From the NCBI RefSeq assembly GCF_022846255.1, contig NZ_AP025682.1: 64,000 nt of DNA. One strand, given 5' to 3'. The notes beneath the pieces are model-generated. The model had not been told where the DNA came from. It saw nothing but the letters and a program-made list of their open reading frames with translations, and made no database searches. The DNA comes from Escherichia coli. Lineage in GTDB: Bacteria > Pseudomonadota > Gammaproteobacteria > Enterobacterales > Enterobacteriaceae. Shown in pieces: positions 1-9,231 of the stretch; positions within the stretch are counted from its first letter, which is position 1, and the number at the start of each line of letters is the position of its first letter. The position numbers and the translations under genes are program-made.

Positions 1-219
1 TTTTCGATCATTCGTGAGGCTGGAAGACGTGCAGGATTAGCTGTAAAAGCACATCCTCATATGTTACGTCATGCCTGTGGTTTTGCTCTGGCTGACAATG
101 GTGTCGATACCCGACTACTTCAGGATTATCTGGGTCATCGAAATATTCAGCATACTGTCAGATACACAGCCAGTAATGCTGCTCGATTTAAAGGGGTGTG
201 GAAAAAAAAGCCTCGTTAA
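1..219 (+). CDS. Tyrosine site-specific recombinase, FimB/FimE family, C-terminal 72 codons only (5' end outside window)
   Basis: Frame-1 translation ...HPHMLRHACGFALADNGVDTRLLQDYLGHRNIQHTVRYTASNAARFKGVWKKKPR* has the conserved catalytic tail of FimB/FimE-type invertases; stop TAA 217-219. Track ORF 71-277 is the overlapping other frame. Confidence 0.8.
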   Translation, partial: FSIIREAGRRAGLAVKAHPHMLRHACGFALADNGVDTRLLQDYLGHRNIQHTVRYTASNAARFKGVWKKKPR

Positions 220-231
220 AACAGTACCTTC

Positions 232-247
232 TGATTCAAAATGTCAG
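232..247. repeat. Left inverted repeat TGATTCAAAATGTCAG
   Basis: Perfect 16-bp reverse-complement match to 494-509; starts 13 bp after recombinase stop. Confidence 0.7.
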
Positions 248-493
248 ATTCCTACGTTTTCCTCAATTCTTCCATAAAAAAACAGCTCATTCAATTAAAT
301 AAAACACATAACATGTTGATATTTCTCGCTAAAGTAAAATAACCCCATGATTTGAAATGATTAACCATAAAGGTCATACCAGTGATCAGTTTTCACTCGC
401 GTTGTTAAATAACACAAAATTAAAAACAATAAAAATCAAACAAATTAGATTTATATTCCAAGAAAATTAAATATTCAGGCTATTAAACCAAAC

Positions 494-509
494 CTGACAT
501 TTTGAATCA
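494..509. repeat. Right inverted repeat CTGACATTTTGAATCA
   Basis: Perfect reverse complement of 232-247; lies inside a perfect 33-bp palindrome (490-522) that ends 27 bp before the LuxR start codon. Confidence 0.7.
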
Positions 510-548
510 AAATGTCAGGTTTTGTAGCAATGGCGTGGACGAGTCTGA

Positions 549-1343
549 ATGAAGAAGCCTCTGGTTATTATCAGTGCCTGTCAGTTCACCAGGCTGGCAC
601 TGGAGTCTCTCATCCCAACGGACAGGTATCTCGTGCGGGTGTACAGCAACGTCACTACAGAGGTTGAATTCGTTTTAAAGACCTCCTGTGGCTACCTGTT
701 AGCTGATATCCCATCGCTTCCTTCGGGGGAGTTGGTTCTTCTGGCTTGTCTTGTCCGCTTGCGGAGTGATGCCGGGCAATGGCAGGTCTGCCTGACCGGT
801 GACTCCGACTGGTTCGATAATGCTCCTGCTGCAAGTCTGTATAACGGCTTCCCACGCATCGGCACCATGCTGACAGCGAGTCGTTATCAGAATCAAATTA
901 TCCGCTGGTTACTACGTCCTTTGCCCGGCGATATGAGCGATTTCTGGCTCCTGACTGCACGGGAGTTGAGCGTGCTTAAGATTCTGATGCAGGGTATGAG
1001 TTTCAGTGAGATTGCCCGTTATGAACAACGCAGTTCAAAGACCCTGCATGCGATTGCCACACGGGCTTTAATGAAACTTGGACTGGGAACACTGAGCGAT
1101 TTCAGGCTGCTCTATACGGGATGCGGTGACAGCAGAGTGAAACGGAATATACGGCTACATGCAAAATATATCGGACAACATTCCGCTCATCGACTCACTC
1201 AGTATGTGCAGAACATGGTATCCGGAATTCTTTATCCAGAGAAAGTTGCCGTTGGTGAATCAATAAATTCTGACGCCATATCCGGAAAAGTACTTTCCGG
1301 ACAAAGAAAAAATATGTCTAAAAAAAGACCAGGATTGTTATGA
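549..1343 (+). CDS. LuxR-family transcriptional regulator (264 aa), atypical N-terminal domain
   Basis: ATG at 549; LuxR-type HTH ...LTARELSVLKILMQGMSFSEIARYEQRSSKTLHAIATRALMKLGLGT...; N-terminus receiver-like but lacks the acidic DD pocket. Confidence 0.75.
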   Translation: MKKPLVIISACQFTRLALESLIPTDRYLVRVYSNVTTEVEFVLKTSCGYLLADIPSLPSGELVLLACLVRLRSDAGQWQVCLTGDSDWFDNAPAASLYNGFPRIGTMLTASRYQNQIIRWLLRPLPGDMSDFWLLTARELSVLKILMQGMSFSEIARYEQRSSKTLHAIATRALMKLGLGTLSDFRLLYTGCGDSRVKRNIRLHAKYIGQHSAHRLTQYVQNMVSGILYPEKVAVGESINSDAISGKVLSGQRKNMSKKRPGLL

Positions 1344-1496
1344 CACAGCAGCGTTGTTACTACCCCCCACTGCGGCGCATACGGACTCGCTACAGTGTAG
1401 GAGCCAAAATATTTCTACTGCTCTGGGCTGCAGGATTGGGAGGCACGCTGTACAGCCTGTACAGCGTGCTGGCGTACTGACATCTGTGAGGGAAGG

Positions 1497-2258
1497 ATGC
1501 GTTTCGTTCTTTTCTGTCCCTCAGGAATTGTACCAGCGCAGTTCGCAGCTCTATCAACCGGTTCTGTCGGCAATGTTACCTGCATCAGAACAGAAGAGGA
1601 GTTACGCAATAAATTGCGGCACAGGCCACAGAGTGTCGTGATATCGGCAGGGCGACCTGCCGAATGCGCTGAAATGTGGTTCCGATTTTATCGGGATCAC
1701 TCATTCGTGGTGGTGTTGTGCGTCGCACCCTTTTTTCTGCCACCAGATGTGAGTATTTCTGGCGTTCTCAAAAACCTGAGGTTACTGAAACCAGGAATGT
1801 CAGTAGAGCGTGTCATCAGTATTGCAAATGCCTCTGGTGGGTTTTCAGGGCTGAAACATGCAGAAATTTTGCCAGTTATGGACAGTTACTCTGTCTTTAT
1901 GAAAGAGGTGAATAACCGCACAAAGACAATCGTCATGTCAGAACGCTTCCCGGAAAAGCAAAAGAAGGTGTTGTCGTTGCTTCTTGCCGGACACAGCTGG
2001 GAATACAGTGCGCAGTTTCTCAAAACGGGGATAAGACAGATATGGCTTGCCGAGCAGTCGCTAAAAAAGCGTTGGGGAATACCGGACAGCATGTCATTGC
2101 GGGAAGCCCTGCTGCTTGGCAGCAATAAATTTCACGGTGATGGAAACGCATTGGAAACAACGAATGCCATGACATTGCGTGAAAACGGAAATACCAACAG
2201 GTATTCCGTGGTGGTAAATGCAGGGACGCAGGCTTTATCTCTGCATAAATATAAATAA
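1497..2258 (+). CDS. Second LuxR-like regulator (253 aa), degenerate HTH
   Basis: ATG at 1497 with AGGGAAGG SD; C-terminal ...EKQKKVLSLLLAGHSWEYSAQFLKTGIRQIWLAEQSLKKRWGI... resembles a LuxR/GerE HTH. Confidence 0.55.
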   Translation: MRFVLFCPSGIVPAQFAALSTGSVGNVTCIRTEEELRNKLRHRPQSVVISAGRPAECAEMWFRFYRDHSFVVVLCVAPFFLPPDVSISGVLKNLRLLKPGMSVERVISIANASGGFSGLKHAEILPVMDSYSVFMKEVNNRTKTIVMSERFPEKQKKVLSLLLAGHSWEYSAQFLKTGIRQIWLAEQSLKKRWGIPDSMSLREALLLGSNKFHGDGNALETTNAMTLRENGNTNRYSVVVNAGTQALSLHKYK

Positions 2259-2299
2259 GTGGGAAATTGAAATTAGTTACCAGAATGGAGAATTTCTTC

Positions 2300-4762
2300 A
2301 TGAAAAACAGTAAGGCATTTTACCGCAGCGCATTAGCAACAGCTATTGTTATGGCTCTTTCTGCACCAGCATTCGCTGCTGATAAAGCGGTATCAACTGA
2401 TTCGGTTACGCTGAATAAAGATAAGACAACTCTGGATCAAGATGTTGTTATTAACGGTGATAACAAGATTACAGCCGTAACAATTGAAACGTCAGATTCA
2501 GATAAAGACCTTAATGTTACTTTTGGCGGTCACGATATTACCGCCGCATCAACGGTAAACCAAGGTTTCGTTGAAGGTGTAAAAGTTAGCGGTGACAAAA
2601 ATGTTGTGATTAATGCTACAGGCTCCACCATCACAGCTCAAGGTGAAGGCACCTATGTCCGGTCTGCAATGGTCATTTCTTCAACTGGCGATGTTGTTGT
2701 TAATGGCGGTAATTTCGTTGCAAAAAATGAAAAAGGTAGTGCGACAGGGATATCTCTGGAAGGGCCCCAGGGAAATAATGTCACGCTCAATGGCACAACC
2801 ATAAATGCTCAAGGCAATAAGAACTCCAGCAACGGCTCCAGGGCAATTTTTGCTCAAAAGGTTAGCGGATTGGATGGTTTTAACGGTGATGCAACAGACA
2901 ACATTACCCTTGCTGGCTCAAATATTATTAATGGTCGGATTGAAACAATACTTATTGCCAAGGAGAATAAGGGAACTCATACAGTCAACCTGAATATTAA
3001 GGATGGCTCAGTAATTGGGGCGGCTAATAATAAACAAACAATTTATGCCTCAGCTTCGGCACAAGGAACAGGTTCAGCAACGCAAAATTTAAATTTGTCT
3101 GTTGCTGATTCAGCCATCTACTCTGATATCAAGGCCCTTTCTGTAAGCAATAGTTCAGTCGGTACCACAACAAATGTAAACATGAACGTTGCCCGCTCTT
3201 ACTGGGAAGGTAATGCTTATGCTGATGCTTATGGCGATAAAGCGAGTAGTAATCTGAATATAAATCTTTCCGATGGCTCAGTCTGGAAAGGTAACGTAGG
3301 TAAAGGTCTGGATGGTAGTGCACGTGTCACACTGAAAAACTCCAGCTGGGATGGTGATGTCAACAACGCCAAAACTGCTGTTTTTCTGACGGATGGTTCT
3401 GTGTGGAATGGTGCTGTTTCCATTAACGCGCCAGTGGACCGCGCATCAGTACCAATGGGCTCGGTTCAACCAAATAAAAGCAGTGTATCTCTGCAAAACG
3501 GGTCTGTCTGGAATGTTACGGGAGCCTCAACTGTTGATGCTCTGGCAGTAAAAGACAGTACGGTTAATATCACGAAGGCTACAGTCAATACTGGCACGTT
3601 TGCTTCTCAAAACGGCACTCTGATTGTTGATGCCTCTTCTGAAAACACTCTGGATATCAGCGGAAAAGCGAGCGGTGACTTGCGTGTTTACAGTGCGGGT
3701 TCATTGGATCTTATCAATGAACAAACGGCATTTATTTCTACCGGCAAAGACAGCACTCTAAAAGCCACAGGCACAACGGAAGGTGGTCTGTATCAATATG
3801 ACCTGACACAGGGAGCTGATGGTAACTTTTATTTCGTAAAAAACACGCATAAAGCATCCAACGCCAGCTCCGTGATTCAGGCAATGGCAGCTGCTCCGGC
3901 TAACGTTGCTAATCTGCAGGCTGACACGCTCTCCGCCCGTCAGGATGCTGTCCGTCTGAGCGAAAATGACAAGGGCGGCGTATGGATTCAGTACTTTGGC
4001 GGTAAACAGAAACATACCACCGCGGGAAATGCATCCTATGACCTGGATGTAAATGGTGTAATGCTGGGTGGTGATACCCGCTTCATAACTGAAGATGGTA
4101 GCTGGCTGGCCGGTGTGGCGATGTCTTCTGCGAAAGGTGACATGACTACCATGCAGAGCAAAGGTGACACTGAAGGTTACAGCTTCCACGCTTACCTGAG
4201 CCGCCAGTATAACAACGGTATCTTCATTGATACTGCTGCACAGTTTGGTCACTACAGCAACACGGCAGATGTTCGCCTGATGAATGGTGGCGGTACCTTT
4301 AAAGCTGACTTTAACACCAATGGTTTCGGTGCGATGGTTAAAGGTGGTTACACCTGGGAAGACGGTAATGGCCTGTTTATTCAGCCATATGCCAAACTGT
4401 CTGCTCTGACGCTGGAAGGTGTGGATTATCAGCTCAACGGCGTGGACGTTCATTCTGACAGCTATAACTCTGTGCTGGGTGAGGCCGGTACGCGCGTGGG
4501 TTATGACTTCGCTGTGGGCAACTCGACCGTTAAACCTTATCTGAATCTGGCCGCACTGAACGAATTCTCTGATGGCAACAAAGTCCGTCTGGGTGATGAG
4601 TCTGTCAATGCCAGCATTGACGGTGCAGCATTCCGCGTGGGTGCAGGTGTACAGGCTGATATCACCAAAAACATGGGAGCATATGCTAGCCTTGACTACA
4701 CCAAAGGTGACGACATTGAGAACCCGCTACAGGGTGTAGTTGGTATCAATGTGACCTGGTAA
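2300..4762 (+). CDS. Autotransporter (type Va) adhesin, pertactin/AIDA-like passenger plus C-terminal beta-barrel
   Basis: Signal peptide MKNSKAFYRSALATAIVMALSAPAFA; passenger repeats (NGTTINAQG, DGSVWKGNV, DGSVWNGAV, NGSVWNVTG); C-terminal translocator ending ...GVVGINVTW. Track ORF starts at TTG 2267; ATG 2300 has GGAG SD. Confidence 0.85.
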   Translation: MKNSKAFYRSALATAIVMALSAPAFAADKAVSTDSVTLNKDKTTLDQDVVINGDNKITAVTIETSDSDKDLNVTFGGHDITAASTVNQGFVEGVKVSGDKNVVINATGSTITAQGEGTYVRSAMVISSTGDVVVNGGNFVAKNEKGSATGISLEGPQGNNVTLNGTTINAQGNKNSSNGSRAIFAQKVSGLDGFNGDATDNITLAGSNIINGRIETILIAKENKGTHTVNLNIKDGSVIGAANNKQTIYASASAQGTGSATQNLNLSVADSAIYSDIKALSVSNSSVGTTTNVNMNVARSYWEGNAYADAYGDKASSNLNINLSDGSVWKGNVGKGLDGSARVTLKNSSWDGDVNNAKTAVFLTDGSVWNGAVSINAPVDRASVPMGSVQPNKSSVSLQNGSVWNVTGASTVDALAVKDSTVNITKATVNTGTFASQNGTLIVDASSENTLDISGKASGDLRVYSAGSLDLINEQTAFISTGKDSTLKATGTTEGGLYQYDLTQGADGNFYFVKNTHKASNASSVIQAMAAAPANVANLQADTLSARQDAVRLSENDKGGVWIQYFGGKQKHTTAGNASYDLDVNGVMLGGDTRFITEDGSWLAGVAMSSAKGDMTTMQSKGDTEGYSFHAYLSRQYNNGIFIDTAAQFGHYSNTADVRLMNGGGTFKADFNTNGFGAMVKGGYTWEDGNGLFIQPYAKLSALTLEGVDYQLNGVDVHSDSYNSVLGEAGTRVGYDFAVGNSTVKPYLNLAALNEFSDGNKVRLGDESVNASIDGAAFRVGAGVQADITKNMGAYASLDYTKGDDIENPLQGVVGINVTW

Positions 4763-4801
4763 GAATAAAGCAGTCGGTTCCCCTGTCGACTGTTATACCC
4801 C

Positions 4802-4830
4802 CCTGCAGGCAGCAGTATGCTGCCTGCAGG
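4802..4830 (+). terminator. Perfect 13-bp stem / 3-nt loop hairpin downstream of autotransporter (no U-tract)
   Basis: CCTGCAGGCAGCA-GTA-TGCTGCCTGCAGG, 40 bp after stop. Confidence 0.35.
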
Positions 4831-4946
4831 CTATAAATATCCAGTATTCATGATGCTGGCTTTTTGCTGATATTTACCCTGAACATTCCTGATACAGACT
4901 ATTAATACAATCTTATCTGCGACAGATTTCATTTTCTGGATATATT

Positions 4947-5615
4947 ATGAATGAACAAATCAAACAGGATATCGATCTGATTGAGATTTTATTTTATCTG
5001 AAGAAAAAGATTCGTGTTATCCTTTTTATTATAGCTATCTGTATGGCAATGGTGCTGTTGTTTCTGTATATCAATAAAGATAATATAAAAGTGAGTTACA
5101 GCCTAAAAATAAATCAGACAACACCAGGCATACTTGTTAGCTGTGATAGCAATAATAACTTTGTCTGTCAGACCACAATGACTGAAGATGTTATTCAGCG
5201 AATTACTACATTTTTTCAGACCAGCCCAGATGTCAAGAACAGAGAAATAAAGCTGGAATGGTCAGGAGATAAGAGAGATTTACCAACTGCTGAAGCGGAA
5301 ATATCTCGCGTGCAGGCGTCTATCATCAAATGGTATGCGTCAGAATACCATAATGGCAGGCAAGTTCTCGATGAGATACAAACGCCTTCAGCAATTAACA
5401 GTGAGCTTTATACAAAAATGATATACCTGACCAGGAACTGGTCACTATATCCGAACGGTGATGGCTGTGTCACTATAAGCTCACCAGAAATAAAAAATAA
5501 ATACCCTGCTGCCATTTGCCTGGCTCTGGGATTTTTTCTAAGTATTGTGATTTCTGTAATGTTTTGCCTTGTCAAAAAAATGGTAGATGAATACCAACAA
5601 AACTCTGGGCAGTAA
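4947..5615 (+). CDS. ykgH: Predicted inner-membrane protein YkgH
   Basis: 222 aa, N-terminal TM segment (ILFIIAICMAMVLLFLYI) and C-terminal TM; position next to ykgG matches ykgH. Confidence 0.6.
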   Translation: MNEQIKQDIDLIEILFYLKKKIRVILFIIAICMAMVLLFLYINKDNIKVSYSLKINQTTPGILVSCDSNNNFVCQTTMTEDVIQRITTFFQTSPDVKNREIKLEWSGDKRDLPTAEAEISRVQASIIKWYASEYHNGRQVLDEIQTPSAINSELYTKMIYLTRNWSLYPNGDGCVTISSPEIKNKYPAAICLALGFFLSIVISVMFCLVKKMVDEYQQNSGQ

Positions 5616-5685
5616 TAAACAGCATTCTGACAGAGAGTGCCTGTATAAAACTATAGTGACAGTGACCGGGAAGGGAGCCCGTCTT

Positions 5686-5708
5686 CAGGAATGGATTCCT
5701 GTCTTTTT
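5686..5708 (+). terminator. Intrinsic terminator after ykgH
   Basis: CAGGAAT-GG-ATTCCTG hairpin followed by TCTTTTT. Confidence 0.5.
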
Positions 5709-5857
5709 AACTGTAAATATCCTGGCATTATTAATGTCAGGATATTTACAGAAGAGCAGCATAACCATGACGGAACGGGGTTAAGTCAGGTTGTCCTTAA
5801 CGTTATTCACAACCTCGTATACCGCCTTCAGGTTTATGTCCAGACTACATATCTCTC

Positions 5858-6553
5858 TCAGCAATCCTCAATAATCAGATACACCGCTTTCACCGGACCA
5901 TGAACCCCGACGACTTTGATAAGCTCAATGTCCGCCGTTGAACTGGGACCACTGATGATGTTAATACATGACGGCATTCGTTCACCGGCCTGCGCTTTCT
6001 GATGCAATTTTTCTGCGAGTTGCGCTACACGCGGCAGGATTGTGCTTTTACGCAGGATAAAAAGAGAAGATTCCGGGAGCAGGCTCAATGAACGCCCGCG
6101 CCCGGCGGCGGAAAAAAGAACCACGCCTCCCGATTCGGTTAAACCATATTCAGCATATACGACGCCCACTTTAGCCTGCTCTGCTTGTGATATGTTCTCA
6201 ATACCTTTCGCCGGATCCCAAACAACGGCATTGCATTCCTGCTGCAAACGTTCGCTAATCCCCAATTCCTCCAGCCTCGTGTCACCACTAATCACGACCG
6301 ACTGATCTCCCAGCTCTTTACACAGACGTATTGCAGCTTCTGCCGCCTTCGCCTCGCTGGTCAGTTCACAGCGCGTCAACATAACATCGCTGGCAAACTG
6401 GATAAACGCGTCACAGCGCTGCTGTTGGGTAAGTTGGGTAAGCCGCTCGTTAGCATAGTTGTTAAGCGGCGCATCTTCTGCTTGCGGTTCAAGTCGCAGC
6501 GGGCGACCCAGTGCCTGAGCAACGTTATTCAAAAATTCGCTCCGATTATCCAT
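5858..6553 (-). CDS. ykgG: LutC-like protein YkgG (LUD domain)
   Basis: 231 aa from internal ATG (MDNRSEFLNNVAQALG...) with AGGAG SD; start overlaps ykgF stop (ATGGATAA). Confidence 0.8.
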   Translation of the reverse strand: MDNRSEFLNNVAQALGRPLRLEPQAEDAPLNNYANERLTQLTQQQRCDAFIQFASDVMLTRCELTSEAKAAEAAIRLCKELGDQSVVISGDTRLEELGISERLQQECNAVVWDPAKGIENISQAEQAKVGVVYAEYGLTESGGVVLFSAAGRGRSLSLLPESSLFILRKSTILPRVAQLAEKLHQKAQAGERMPSCINIISGPSSTADIELIKVVGVHGPVKAVYLIIEDC

Positions 6554-7973
6554 TCTTTTTCTCCTGCGCCTGATGTTTCTTAAACCAACTACGGAAACTC
6601 TCTCCGTCAGCTTCAGGAAGATCGCGTGCTTCCATCCAGTCGCTAATCGCGCCAAATTTGAGTGGTGTTTTGCCGCCATTGATAAACCAGCTTGCCGCAT
6701 GAGCACCAGCCATCATCCCAACTTTCCACAATCCTGGATGACTATTGGCATAAGCGAACATTTTTATCGCCCGTTGCTCTGCTTTTGCGGTGATCCCTTT
6801 TTCAGCCATCACCCGACGATGACGCAAAATCAGTTTTGACAGCGGAATACGCACCGGACACACGCTGTCACAAGCGGTGCATAAAGAGCAGGCGTAGGGT
6901 AAATCTTTAAAATCTTTATAGCCGCCAAGTAACGGGGAAATCACCGCACCAATTGGCCCTGGATAAATAGAGCCATATCCATGACCGCCAATATGGCGAT
7001 ATGCCGGACAAGTATTCATACAAGCCCCGCAGCGAATACAGCGCAGCACATCCCGAAATTCAGAGGCCAGCACCTCAGAACGCCCGTTATCGACAATAAC
7101 CAGATGAAACTCTTCAGGACCATCAACGTGCCCCGCTTCGCGCGGTCCTGTCAGCCAGGTGTTGTATCCCGTCAAACGTGCACCAACGGCACTGCGCGCC
7201 AGCATGGTGATCAATACATCTACCTCTGCAAACGTGGGGGCAATACGCTCCATTCCCATCACTGCAATATGCGTTTTAGGCAGCGTGGTACACATTCGCG
7301 CATTACCTTCATTGGTCACCAGGCATACCGAACCGGTCTCTGCCACCGCGAAATTACAGCCGGTAATACCTATTTCAGCACTGAGGAAATCTTCGCGGAT
7401 TTTTTGCCGAATGAATAAGGTCATCGCTTCAGGCGTTTCCGGCCCCTCATAGCCCAGACGTTCGTGTAGCACTCGACGGATCTGATGGCGATCTTTATGA
7501 ATTGCCGGGACCACAACATGAGAGGGCGGATCTTGATCCAGCTGGAGAATGTATTCACCCAGATCGGTTTCAATCACCTGAATGCCAGCATCCTGCAACA
7601 CATGATTGACACCAATCTCTTCGGTCACCATCGATTTAGATTTCACCACCTTCCGGGCATTTTTGCGTTGGGCAACCTGTAAAATGTAGCGGGTAGCGTC
7701 TTCTTTGGTTTTTGCAAAATAGACGTGACCGCCGTTTTGCGTCACTTTTTCTGAGAGCTGGTACAGATAAGCGTCGAGATTACTCAGAACATGATCACGT
7801 ATCTGGGCGGCCCGATCGCGCCACTCCTCCCAGTGCCCCAATTCATCGACCATTTTTTGCCGATTTGCCCCAATACGCTGCTGCGCGTTTGCCACCGCTT
7901 TGCGCATGATCGGATCTTCAATTTGCTGACGGATGCGTGTCTTAAAATCTGTATTACTGGTTTTGATCGACAT
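6546..7973 (-). CDS. ykgF: LutB-like iron-sulfur oxidoreductase YkgF
   Basis: 475 aa; two 4Fe-4S ferredoxin Cys clusters (CIRCGACMNTCP, CSLCTACDSVCP). Confidence 0.85.
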   Translation of the reverse strand: MSIKTSNTDFKTRIRQQIEDPIMRKAVANAQQRIGANRQKMVDELGHWEEWRDRAAQIRDHVLSNLDAYLYQLSEKVTQNGGHVYFAKTKEDATRYILQVAQRKNARKVVKSKSMVTEEIGVNHVLQDAGIQVIETDLGEYILQLDQDPPSHVVVPAIHKDRHQIRRVLHERLGYEGPETPEAMTLFIRQKIREDFLSAEIGITGCNFAVAETGSVCLVTNEGNARMCTTLPKTHIAVMGMERIAPTFAEVDVLITMLARSAVGARLTGYNTWLTGPREAGHVDGPEEFHLVIVDNGRSEVLASEFRDVLRCIRCGACMNTCPAYRHIGGHGYGSIYPGPIGAVISPLLGGYKDFKDLPYACSLCTACDSVCPVRIPLSKLILRHRRVMAEKGITAKAEQRAIKMFAYANSHPGLWKVGMMAGAHAASWFINGGKTPLKFGAISDWMEARDLPEADGESFRSWFKKHQAQEKKNG

Positions 7974-7983
7974 CTTTATATCC

Positions 7984-8703
7984 TCAGCGGCTCATCAGCA
8001 CTTCAGCAATATGCATCACTTTGACTTTCTGCCCTTCCCGTTGTAATCGTCCACTGATGTTCAGCAGGCAACTCACGTCAGCACCAATTAAATACTCAGG
8101 GCGGACTTCCATCAGGTGCACAACCTTTTCTTTCACCATCTCGCCGGATATTTCGGCCATTTTGACCGAGAACGTGCCGCCAAATCCGCAGCAGGTATCC
8201 TGTTCAGCAAAGGTCAACAGCTCCAGTCCACGCACATTTTTCAGCAGCGTAAGTGGTTCGTCCTTCACCCCCAGCTTACGGGCCAGGCTACAAGATGGGT
8301 GATACACCGCTCTCCCTTGCAAACTGGCACCTACATCGACTACCCCTAATGTATTAACAATAAAAGAGGTGAGATCCTGCATACGCGCGGCAACCTTTTC
8401 GGCACGTGATGCCCATTCAGGTTCATCCGCCAGATACGTCGGGTAACTTTTTACGGCATAGGTGCAAGAGCCAGCCGGTGAAATAATGGGATCGTCGTTA
8501 TCCTCCAGTGCGGCGATCAGATTTTTCATCCCTGGAATCGCTTCTTTGATATAACCACTATTGATCGCAGGCTGACCGCAGCATCCCTGTTTCTCCGGGA
8601 AATTTACGCGACAGCCGAGTTTTTCCAGTAGCAGCACGGAGTCTCGTGCCATTCTTGATTTCAGGGCGTCACCAATACAGGTGACAAAAAAATTGACATT
8701 CAC
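7984..8703 (-). CDS. ykgE: LutA-like Fe-S oxidoreductase YkgE (Cys-rich CCG domains)
   Basis: 239 aa, GTG start, CCG motifs (CCGQPAINSG, CCGFGGTF); first gene of ykgEFG. Confidence 0.85.
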   Translation of the reverse strand: MNVNFFVTCIGDALKSRMARDSVLLLEKLGCRVNFPEKQGCCGQPAINSGYIKEAIPGMKNLIAALEDNDDPIISPAGSCTYAVKSYPTYLADEPEWASRAEKVAARMQDLTSFIVNTLGVVDVGASLQGRAVYHPSCSLARKLGVKDEPLTLLKNVRGLELLTFAEQDTCCGFGGTFSVKMAEISGEMVKEKVVHLMEVRPEYLIGADVSCLLNISGRLQREGQKVKVMHIAEVLMSR

Positions 8704-9231
8704 AACTAATACTCCATTACTTCATGCCCATTTATGCCCGATGGTTCCCCCCTTCCGGGGGATCAATCATCAATAAATATGGCGTTCTTTTTTAATTGGC
8801 TAGCAACATACCACCCCTCATTTGTATGACAAATGATAATCTTTCATCTAAACTTCAAATGCAATAACTAATTTTATTTCTTTCGGCATCGCTCACATTT
8901 TATAGGGAAATCGACGATCATTTTTGGCATAAGAAATCCATTTAAAAAGGCTACATCCCTTATACCTATTCAGTGCTACTTATTCAGGGGTTATTGAGAT
9001 ATACACTGATGGTGTACAAACAAAATCACCAACAATAATTACGTATCAAGTAATAGTCGGCATTTTATTTAATTAAAGCAATTTAGTTTGCGTTTTTATT
9101 TAAAAACTGAGCTAGAGTCCATCAAAAAAAAATATATAAAGCCCAAAACCACCGTTGGAAATAGAAATAGTTGAAAGGCTCACAACTCCCGGAATGCGGA
9201 TTATCTTTACCCTGATTTCTGGCGGTTTTAT

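Larger units (their letters stand above)
232..509. promoter_or_regulatory. Candidate invertible promoter element (phase-variation switch)
   Basis: AT-rich 246-bp segment bracketed by the 16-bp inverted repeats, between a fim-type recombinase gene and a regulator/adhesin operon; contains sigma70-like TTAGAT(445-450)-17 bp-TAAATA(468-473) reading toward the LuxR gene. Confidence 0.45.

Noticed and set aside
71-277. Track ORF (68 aa) at the left edge
   Set aside because: It is the other reading frame over the recombinase 3' end; frame 1 gives the conserved FimB/FimE catalytic tail, whereas this frame gives a low-complexity peptide running through the inverted repeat.
3758-4453. 231-aa minus-strand ORF inside the autotransporter gene
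   Set aside because: Antisense to a well-supported CDS, no start context or motif; typical shadow ORF.
8704-9231. Hairpins in the ykgE leader / rclR 3' region (for example TCCCCC-CTTCC-GGGGGA at about 8743-8760)
   Set aside because: Short stems without U-tracts in an AT-rich promoter region; could be incidental.
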